The translations under genes and the position numbers were made by a program. The notes below the pieces were generated by a model, which saw only the letters and a list, made by a program, of their open reading frames with translations, did no database searches and had not been told where the DNA came from. Source: Jimgerdemannia flammicorona (taxonomy: Eukaryota). From it: DNA of 41,705 nucleotides. Below, one piece after another: positions 23,476-33,679 of this stretch (within the stretch, counting starts at the first letter, position 1; every line of letters starts with the position of its first letter). The stretch lies in NCBI GenBank assembly GCA_003990765.1, contig RBNJ01000103.1:1-41705 (forward strand). The letters are read 5' to 3'.

Positions 23476-26400
23476 TCAAGATCTATAATTTAAGAGAAGA
23501 CATCCTAACTCTCATCAGACATACAACTCACCAAGAATGGGTAGAAGATGTCACCAATTTTATAGAAGCCCTAGACCTTACAGGAAAAAGAGGAATTAAT
23601 TATCTCTAAGATCTTTCTACTGAAGCCAGATAGCTGTACCTCAACCTCAGAGCTTGAAGACTTCCTACCAGTGGAGCTTTAGCCCAAGAATAGCCTGAAC
23701 TCAGCAAGAACGTTGCTCAGTATATTCTGCTACATCCAAAGGCCAAACTTCTAACCAAAGCTCACCAAGATGATATATAGTAAGACCTCTACAGTCTGGA
23801 GAATGAACCCATCAAGCCTGGAAGAACATTAGTGTTCAGAACTAGACTAGCCATATAGCTACCCAAAGAAACTTATATCTAACTAACCTCAAGGTCTAGA
23901 CTTGTCAGACAAAGAGTAACTATAGAAGGAGAAACTATAGATCCAGAATACACAAGTGAAATCAAGATTATCTTATTTAATAGTAGTATAGAATAGTACT
24001 GAATTCTTAGAAAATAAAAGATTATACAAGCAGTCTTTATAAAAGTCATGAGCTTTCAATTATAAGAAGTCTCCAAACTGACTGAAGGAACAAGATAAGC
24101 TAAAGAATTTGAAAGCTCAGATAAGAAGGAAGTATATCTTTTTCAGGTTAATTATCTCAAGAAGAATATTCCTTAGCAAGTATATTGTCAATCAGTCAAA
24201 CTGTACAAGAATCTTATCCTGGAGCCCAAAGAGCAAATTATTCTTGAAATCTTTGCACCATCTGACCCCAGAAATCTCTTCTTTAAATTCAATAAAGATA
24301 TCTCAAATCTGGATATTGGAGGTCATACATTTCCTGATAAGATGAATCCAGTACACTTCTGAGCAACTAACCAGAGCTAGAAAAGTATTATCTTGCCAAA
24401 AGAAACCATCATAGGATATCAGTGCCCTTCCTCAACTGAACCCATAGAGAAGTCTATGAGCTAAACTTATTGAGAAATAGCAAAAGGTCTCAGAAGAAAA
24501 GAAAGGCCCCTCTGTAACCCAGGAGACAGTAAAGCCTTCCATCAATATTGGAGAAGAATTGATACCTCAGTAATAGTAACAACTAGTAGAACTCCTCAAT
24601 AAATATCAAGATATCTTCACTACTAATTATAGTAATCTGCTATATAGCTCATCATACTACTATATTATAAATACAGAAAATGCAACACCCATTTGATAGA
24701 ATCTCTATAAAATACCCCACTACCTAAAGATATTCAAAAAGGAATATATTTAAGAACTCTTAGACAATAGAGTCATCTGACCCTCAACCAGCTCTTAGGC
24801 CAGCCCTACACTTATTATACTAAAGAAAGGAGGATAGAGACTCTGTGTAGACTATAGGAAACTCAATTTAGTCATCAAGAAGAATACCTATTCTTTGCCC
24901 TGAATTGATGACCTCTTGGACCAGTTACAAGATACCAGATACTTCAGCAGTATGGATCTTTTCACAGGATTCTATAAGATCTCCATGAATCTCAAAGATA
25001 TTTAAAAGACAGTCTTCTTAGCTCTAGAAAAACTGTTTGAATACCTCTGAATGCCCTTTAGACTTTGCAATATACCTCTCACCTTCCAGAGAATAATGAA
25101 CTCAATCTATGGCCCACTGATTTACTACTTCTAATTGTATATATAGATGATTCAAACATATATTTAGCTAATTTCGAGAAACACTTACATCACCTAAAAG
25201 AATTCTTTAAGCTCATCTATAAGAATCACCTAGACTCAATACCAAGAAATACTACTTTGGAAAACAGAAACTTAAATTTCTTGGATTCATAATTTCAAAA
25301 GAAGAAACTCATACAGACTCAAAGAAAATAAAGAAGATCAACAATTGGCTAGTACCCAAGACCCCAAAGGAAATACTATCATTCCTAATACTAGTATCCT
25401 ACTATAGAAGATTTATCAAAGACTTTGTCTAAATTGCTGCTCTAATCCAAATCCTTCTCAAGAAGTCTCTTACAAATAGACAGAATTATAAGAGAAAGCC
25501 TTCAAAGAACTCAAGTACTGTATGACTATAGCACCAATCCTTATTTCGCCCAATTTACAAAAGCCATTTATCTTGTATATAGATGCTTCTAAAGATGGTC
25601 TTAGAGTAGTTCTAGCCCAGAAAGGACCTGATCAACAATACTATGCGATAGCTTATACAAGTCAAGCAACCAATTAGCAGCAAACCAACTATAGTAGCAC
25701 CAAACTGAAATATCTTACAGTCATATATATAGTTACTCTGTTAAAGCATTATTTTATCAGAAAAAGATTCACTCTAATAACTGACCATGCAGTCTGCAAA
25801 TGGCTATTCAACTGTAAGAACCCCATCAGAATCCTAGCCCATGAATTCATATCCTTCAGAATTACACAATCACCATTATTTACAAAGTAGAGAAAGCTCA
25901 CAACAATGTTGATGTCTTTTCTGCCAACTCTAATGAATCAGAAGAAGAGTGTACTGAAAAGGAAACCTCAGACCATCAGAGTACAAGAAGATCTCATCTA
26001 GAAAGAATACCAGAAAACCTATCAAGGATAGGTGAATATAGAAGAAAAGCTGTAAATAATATACCAACATTGGCCCAATCTCAGAATATAAGTCTGGAAT
26101 ATACTCAAGAAATGTGATATCTGCCAGAAGTACCAAAGAAGGAAGAACCATTAAGCACCACTATAACCAATCATATGTACCATCAGACAGCATCTTTCAG
26201 AGATAGAGAGTAGATGTAATTGGACCTTTACTCATTATACCAAGAAGAAATAAGTATATTCTTATATTTGTGAAATATCTAACCAAGTGGCCTAAAGCTT
26301 TTCCAATAGAAATCACAGATGACTTGACTATTATAGACCTCTTCTATAGACTCACACTCAGATATAGACCCCCAGAAGAACTTATCTCTAATTGAGGCAC

Positions 26401-28049
26401 AGAATTCATCAATAATATAATCATAAGTTATACCTAAATTTACAAAATTCATCTCAAATAGACCCCATTATACTGCTCTCAGACCAATGGTATAATAGAA
26501 TAAATGAATCAGACCATTAAAAAAGATCAATTCTATCAACTAGGATCTCTGCTTATTTGAGATCCTATGGGAAATTCAGAATATCCCTACTATCTCTATC
26601 AAACAAAAGCCCTTCAAAATGATATTTGCTAAGAAAACCAGAACTACTAATGATGAGAACCTCAGAGATCTCTTCAAAAAGACAGAATAGTTATATAATT
26701 AAGTATGAGTTCAGATTATCAAGACCCAAGAAAGACAAAAGAAATATTATAATTAGAAGTAGAAGAATCAGAAGATCAAGATTGGAGATCAAGTACTAGT
26801 TTGGAGAAGTATAATTGAAACCAACTTTGCTACCAAACTGGAGTCCAAATGGGAAGGACCTTATCTTGTACACAATATTAGAACAACTAGTATCTATTTA
26901 AGAAATATAGATGGATGAAGTTTGAGGATACCAGTATACATCAACTACCTTAAGATATATCTCTCTCTATATTATAAACTAGACAATTGACCAGCATCTC
27001 CAGACTCTTGTTCTGAGCTCATTTCAATTACTTTCAGTTCCCCTCTCACAATTTCACTAAGCCAATAAAAACTCCCTCCAACAAATCCAGACCCATCAGG
27101 AGAATCTCACCTTAGTCAGACATATACTGTAAGTCTACCAGCTATAGGCCTACTATATGTATAATTGGAGAGCAATTGTAGAACCTTCTAACTTCAGATA
27201 TTAGAAACTCCACTGGTCTGATCTGGAAAAACACCACTACTATAGATAGATTATATATAATCTATAAAAAAAACACCCCAGCACTGATACAGGCACAGTT
27301 CTTTCTGAATGATATATAACAAATAAATCCTACCATCTACTTGAGTATTATCAACCATGTTGAAATCCTATTCTCAGAGAAAGAAGAAGAACCTATTAAA
27401 TAGAGTAACTCTGATCCAAATGAAGATAATAGTTCAGATATTGATACCAAAGATGCTTATATATATTGAGATGATAACTAAAGAATAGTCTGAGAACAGA
27501 CTATCCTTTAGTGGGGACTGATGTGACAAGCAGCAGAATTGTACTGCTGAAATCATAAATTAGCCACATACTATATTTAGTACACTAAGCAACTAAGACT
27601 ACTTTACTTTGCCACCCTATATAATTAGCCAGAGATACTAGAAACAGTATATCTATATTGGTCCAGTATACTATGTCAGTACACTATTCTGTTCATTATA
27701 TTGTACTATTCAGGAACACTTACTATAGATAGAAATCTATAATTAGCTATATAGTAACCAGTAGTAACCACAACTATATAAAATATCCCAGAGATAAGAG
27801 TGAATAAACCTCAGTCTGAAAATCAAAAGCAAAAGTCAATTATCTGATATACTTAGGAAGAGAAACCTGTCAACAAGCTACTGCCAAGAAGTTGTGAGCT
27901 ATTTTCCACTCCAGTCCACTTTCTGATACAAAGAAGAGTCTGTTATGTTTAGGTTCACTTGCCAGATAAGCCTGAAGAGAGCTCAAGTTATTTAAGAAGT
28001 CAATACTATCTGTTGTACAGAGGAAACCCACAATAGGAATCTTGTCACA
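23476..28049 (+). mobile_element. 5'-truncated, heavily mutated Ty3/gypsy element: dUTPase-RT-RH-IN(GPY)-PPT-3'LTR
   Basis: dUTPase ~23710-24123 (SRSRLVR, GETIDPEYTSEI). RT RLCVDYRKLN, LP*IDDLLD, VYIDD. RNase H LYIDASKDGL, LITDH. Integrase VDVIGPL, YLTKWPKAFP, QTNG, KWEGPY. PPT AGTGGGGACTGA at ~27510-27521. No chromodomain seen. Confidence 0.93.
27522..28049 (+). repeat. 3' LTR (528 bp) of the dUTPase-RT element
   Basis: TGTGACAAG...CTTGTCACA perfect 9-bp inverted termini, preceded by a PPT. TATATAAAA at ~27775. Confidence 0.85.
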
Positions 28050-29400
28050 AAGTCAGTCTTCTGATACAACTTCACAGTGGAGCCAGTCCATCTGATTTAA
28101 CCCTGCATAAATGAAGTCAGTCTCGACATAACTTTGCCAAGAATCTGCATCATCCAAGTTATTTCCCAGAAACCCACCAATTCAGAAAGAATCCACATCA
28201 TCTGAGTTATCTGCTATTTTTGAGTTATCTGCCATATTCAAGAAGCCTGCCAATTCAGGAAGAATCCATGACATCCGGGTTATCCGTGTCATCCAAGTTA
28301 TCTGAGTTATCAAGTTATCTGATATTCCCAGAAGAGTCTGCCGATTCAGGAGAATCTACGCCAAACCAAGTTATCTGAGTTATCTGCCAAATTGAGTTCC
28401 CTGCCAAATGCCAAGATCATCACACAGAAATTGCATAAGGAGCTAAACAAGATCGTCACGCAGAAATCACATACTTTTGGAGATCATCATGCTATACAAG
28501 GATCGTCAACTACATACATGCAAATCATTGCTCACACCCAAGTACCCATCTCAATAAGAAAATCGACCATTGTATCCAGATTGACTATTATACCAGTAAA
28601 CACCAACAAGGAATCTTAGAACATTTTGTTGCTTTTTGACAAAGTAACTGGGGGCTCAAGCCAAACTACATCAACCCCCAACCTTGTAATTTGTCTCTAT
28701 TGAGCTGGGCACATTACAGTATTAATACTATAAAAAATGCAGGCATTTCAAGCACTATCTCTATAGGTGCTGTGGGTGAGTCTTTCTCCAATATTATAAT
28801 AGGTAAGAAACTCTTCTCTGAGATAGTTCTGATCATTCCATCATTTATACCAGAGGAGGGTAGTGATAAACTCATAGGTGTCAGAATTTTCTATCATTTA
28901 TGGCTGGTCTGAAACTTAGTGGTTGATGGTATAGACTCCTTCATTCTTGATGATTTCAATGATACAGTTGATCTGAGAGGTATTGTATATTATTGTAAGA
29001 GTAGTAGAGATTATAGAGTAAGTATAGTTATTTTAGGGGTAATTATACTATGGTTGATGACTGAACTAAACAGGTTTTCATTATTTGCTAACTAAGTCTT
29101 GATCTTCAGTGAATTACTAGAGGTCATGCTGATGTTTGTAAGTATTGAGTAATTCATCAGTATTTGGCGGAAGGTATTCTTTGTATTTCCAGATAGAGTC
29201 CCAATTAGGGTATCCTTTCTATTTGATCAGATAGTATCTAGTTAGTTTTAGTGATCATCTATATCTTCTTCTTGATATTGTAGGATTTCTTCTACTTTAA
29301 ATTTAATATAGTCTGTGAACTTTACTGGGTCTAGGAGTGATACTGTTTGTCCTTCAAAGGGGTTGGATGTATACTGTCATAGTAGAGATATATAGAACAT
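28050..29400 (-). mobile_element. 3' end of another chromovirus (chromodomain, PPT, partial LTR 28050-28670 with internal GAGTTATCTG repeats)
   Basis: NPFEGQTVSLLDPV...FKVEEILQY and YLIK*KGYPNWDSIW at ~29190-29370. PPT TGGGGGTTGA (28671-28680), then TGTAG at 28670. Confidence 0.8.
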
Positions 29401-29546
29401 ATCTTTCCCCACCGGAAAAGAAAATGAAAAAAAAATGATATCAGTAAGAAGACATCCGTGTACATGTTCCGGAGATAAATGGCATCGATCTCTAAACCCC
29501 TCTCAAAAGGGAACCTCCTGCGGATTTTAGCATTACGCAAACCCAC

Positions 29547-29762
29547 CTTAAAACAATCCGGACACATAAGCCTACTCGTTAACTGTCCATGGAACAGGTC
29601 GACAATGATTGAGTCGAACCTGGCTTTATGGTACTTCCAGCTGATCCTAACGACCTCGGCGTCTGGCCAGCCGTCGAAGATGGACCATTCGATGTAGGGC
29701 ATCTTAATAATGCGATCTAGGTCTTCGTGAAGACCGTCCAGCAAGAAACCCCGTAGCTCCTG
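29547..29762 (-). pseudogene. Isolated 216-nt exon of a USP4/11/15 (Ubp12)-like deubiquitinase catalytic domain
   Basis: ttcag|QELRGFLLDGLHEDLDRIIKMPYIE...DSIIVDLFHGQLTSRLMCPDCFK|gtgggt. Neither the Cys box nor the His box is present in the window. Confidence 0.85.
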
Positions 29763-29984
29763 CTGAAAGGTGAGGATGGAAGAATGGCAGAGAGATGTGA
29801 AAGGGGGCGCTTCTTGTAGTACTTTACGCGCATAATATTCTTGATGAAAAAACGGTTTTCCTCAAAAATAATAAATAATAACAATACAATTCCCATCTGG
29901 TTCCTTCTCACCCATTGTAGAGTCCATTATTACCCAGCAACCTACCATAAACTCCCTAGGACAGTTCACACGGTTCCAACATAC

Positions 29985-31810
29985 TTCGGAGATTCAGCGT
30001 AGTCAGTGTTTTATTCTGCTTCAGAGACTCGCTCAGTGAGCGTCCTCCACCAGAGCTGACCTTATTACCTTAGATTGCACAAGGGATGGATAGACGAGCA
30101 AACACTCAAAGATCGTAAGCTGGAGCCCATCACACCGCTGCAAATAACAACTCACACAGTTCAAATATACCTCGGAGATTCAGTGTGGTCAGCATCATGT
30201 TCTGCTTCAAAGATTCGCCCAGTGCATGTCCTACCTCAGAGCCAGTCTTATTGTCTGAAGACACAAGGGATCGAAGGATGAGCAAATACACAAAAAATCA
30301 CGAGCTGGAACCCATCAGCAATCAACAATTCGCACAGTTCTAACATACATGAGAGATCCAGCGTGGTCAGTGTCGTGTTCTGCTTCAGAGACTCGCCCAG
30401 TGCGCGTCCTCCCTCATCACCAATCCCATTCCCTTATATGAATAAACACGCAAAGTTCATGAGCTGTAACACATTACGTAGCTGCAAACAGCAGTTCTAA
30501 TGATTCAAACATACAAGAGAAATCCAACGTGGTCAGCGTCGTGTTCTGCATCAGAGCCTCGCCCAGTGCGAGTCCTCCCTCGTCGCCGATCTCATTGCCT
30601 TAAAATGCACAGGGATGGATGGATGAGTAAATACACAAAGATCATGAGCTGGAACCCATCATGCAGCTACAAAAAGCCATTCCCACAGTTCAAACATACC
30701 AAAAAGATTCAGAGTGGTCAGCGTTGTGTTCTGCTTCAGACACTCGACCAGTGCGCGTCCTCCCATGTCGCCGATCTCATTACCTTAAAATACACAGGGG
30801 GTTTGTGGATGAGTAAACATGCAAAGTCAGTATGCCGGAAGCCATCTCGCAGCTGTAAATAGAAGTTCACACAGTTCAAATACAAGAGAGATCCAATGTG
30901 GTCAGTGTCGTGTTGTGCTTCAGAGACTTGCCCAGTGCGCGTCCTCCCTCGTCGCCAATCATATTTACTTAACAGGATGAGTAAATAGGTAGAGGTAGTG
31001 AGCTTGAACCCATCATGCAGTTGCAAACAGCAGTACACATGGTTCAAACATACTAAAGAGATTCAGCGTGGTCAGCGTCGTGTTCTGCGTCAGAGACCCG
31101 CCCAGTGCGCGTCCTCCCTGAGGGCCGATAATATTGTCTGAAATGCACAATGGATGATGAGAAAACATGCGAAGATCATGAGTTAGAACCCATCACTCAG
31201 CTGCAAACAGTAGTTTACAAAGGTGCAAAGGGGAAACATACACGAGATATTAATCGTGGTCAGCGTCGTGTTCTGCCTCAGAGACTCTTCCCAGTGCGCG
31301 TCCTCCCTCATCACCGATCCCATTCACTTAAAATGCACAGGGAATGGATAGATGAACAGACACGTAACGATCGTGAGATGGAACTCGTCATGCAGCTGCA
31401 AACAGTAGTTCACACGCTTCAAACATACTCGAGAGATTCAGTGTGGTCAGCGTCATGTTCTGCCTCAGAGACTCGCCCAGTGCCTCGCCACCAATCGAGC
31501 TGAAACCCATCACGCAACTGCCAACAGCAGTTCATACAGTTCAAACATACCAAAGAGATTCAGCGTGTCAGTTTCGTGTTCTGCTTCAGATACTCGCATA
31601 GTACGCGTCCTCGCTCGTCGCCGATCCCTTTCCTTTAGAATGTACCGGAGATGGATGGATAAGCATACACACAAATTTCCTCAGCTGCGACCTATGATGC
31701 AGCGCAAATAGCAGCATAAATAGTTCAAACATACCTTGGAGGTCAGCATCGTGTTCTGCTTCAGATACTCACCCAGTGCGCGTCCTTCCTCAGAGATGAT
31801 CTTATTTTCC
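29985..31810 (-). repeat. Tandem array of 11 intron+exon units, each exon one 28-aa RNI/NLRC3-type LRR
   Basis: Intact 84-nt AG|...|GT exons at 31054-31137, 30884-30967, 30700-30783, 30515-30598, 30349-30432, 30171-30254 and 29985-30068 (consensus NxIGDEGGRALGESLKQNTTLTTLxLx). Homologous 82-102-nt introns. The four units nearest the kinase carry indels. Confidence 0.95.
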
Positions 31811-33236
31811 GGGATTCAAGTACTACCCGGAACTGCTGGTTCTCGCGAGAGTGCCATGCTACCCAATCCATCCACCACAACGGCTGCGTCCTCTCTGACG
31901 TTTTCTTTTTGCTCAACTTCAGCCTCCTCCAACAGTTCCGTCAGTGCTCCCAACCGCGTCAGTGCTCCCAACCGTGTCAGTACCTCGACCACCTTTGGCC
32001 TCAGGGCAGGATCGCCATCCCAACACTGGGTGTAGAGCTCAATGTATTCCTTTGGCGTGCTCTCGATAGTATCCTCCGCATCCCCTGGCAGATGTGCATG
32101 GGAGTCATGAAATCGGCATGCGGGAAGGGAAGGGCCCCATCCGCGCTGATCTCCCAAAAGATTACGCCCAGGCTGTAGACATCTCCGCGCACGTCGTGTT
32201 TAACCTTCGGGTTCCAAATGCGCTCAGGCGACCTTTGTGTTTGTCGGGGAAGCAAAATTGGATGGATAATTACGTATGGGACGTTGTGTATAGAAAATAA
32301 AACGAAAAACATGTCTTGGAGGAAAAATATTTGGTATATATACATATGGCACGCGTCCTTCAACAGGAAGCTTCGAAGTTTCGGCTGATGCCAGCCGGCT
32401 CAGGCCAAAGTCTGCAATGAGCGCCCTTCTCGTGGCATTGATGCTACCAAGTACGTTGCCACTAAATCAGTCACCAAGGCACAAGGTTTTTAAAAAATAA
32501 ATACCACACATGAACAAGAGATATTCACAGAATGTTACCACTGTGCAAATCGTGGTGTATCACGTTTCCATCGTGTATGAAATCGAGCGCTTCAGTGATT
32601 TGGTATGCGAGCCTCAGCCTATCTCCCCAGGTCAGCCGGCCCTTGTTGATCTTAAGATAATCTGCAAGGGAGCCCTGCTCAGCGTATTTCATTACCAAGA
32701 AATACGAGTTCATCATGAGATCTGCATTTTGTGGATACCATTTGGTTGATTATGGTGTAAAATTATATGAGCCTTGAGAAGAGAAGAAGGAAATCAATCT
32801 CCAATCCATACCTCGTGATACACCATAGCATCTTGCAACGAAGTCTTCGTCGTCCACCTTGCGGAGAATTTGCAGCTACGACAAAGTTCAACTAACGTGA
32901 GTCTCAACGTTGTCCGTTGCGTGTTCCAACTTAAAGAAACGCACAGCTACGTAATTACCTCCTTTACAAAGATTTGTACCCCGCTAGATCGCACTCGACA
33001 ATGTTCAAGTATTTGAGGGCGTATTGCTTTTTGCGCTTTATGCTTGTAACACGGTAAATAGCGCCAGATCTCCCTTGAGCGATAAAGACGGGTTTGTTGA
33101 ACTCGTTCAAGGGGAAGAGGTCGATTCGATTTTCGTCAATGGCAGCCTGAAGTCAATCCATAATGGATAATCGGTCAGAGGTCACTAACGGAAAGATGAG
33201 GGAGACAATGAAAGGGACTCGATCAAACGCAGACAT
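29985..33236 (-). pseudogene. Tyrosine-kinase-like protein kinase fused to RNI-type LRRs; multiple lesions
   Basis: Spliced kinase motifs IAQGRSGAIY, YALK, FVKE|LQIL, LVMKYAEQGSL, IHHDLHSGNIL|INATRRALIADFGLS, SPE, DVYSLGVIFWEI, CWDGDPALRP. The kinase frame runs through one TGA (31816) into the first LRR. Stop at 33153; frameshifts near 32985 and 32077. Confidence 0.88.
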
Positions 33237-33679
33237 GGCTTAGGATCTGTTAGACGTTACGAATTTTGATATGATCGCATAATCTCCATCCTGGATAATT
33301 AGATTTGTAAGTATCTCCACCTGAGTTCCCCCTTCCCCTCTCCATTTCCCCTCTCCACTGGCCTCCCCGTTCTCATTCACGCCTAAGCCTCGGCTTCCGC
33401 TCCCATGCCCCTAGACAGCTAAGATTGTTTGCCAGCGAGCCCATCACCAAACCCGCGTCGCATGACCCACCAAACGCCTCCCTATCACCGGCGCCACAAC
33501 CCGCCCTTCTCTTGCTGTCGACCGCGAACGTATGGTCAACTCCATTGCCGTGAGATTTACGAACCAGCCGGTGGAAATTCCGTAAGTGGCTTGGGAGACC
33601 CCGCATACCGTATAATTATAATAATGAAAGTTCCCAGATTGGCATCAATAAGGCGTTCTTCGCCAATTCGGCGTCTGAT

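Noticed and set aside
30075-31503. Plus-strand ORFs across the repeat array
   Set aside because: Antisense shadows of the LRR exon/intron units.
29985-31810. Nucleosome-length satellite or CRISPR-like array
   Set aside because: Units resolve into 84-nt LRR exons with canonical splice sites. The intervening sequences are homologous introns, not unique spacers, and there are no cas genes.
32445-32545. Apparent duplicated SGN(I/V)L motif in the kinase
   Set aside because: The second copy lies inside the intron. Donor GTGAAT with acceptor TTGGTAG gives a normal HSGNILIN...DFG.
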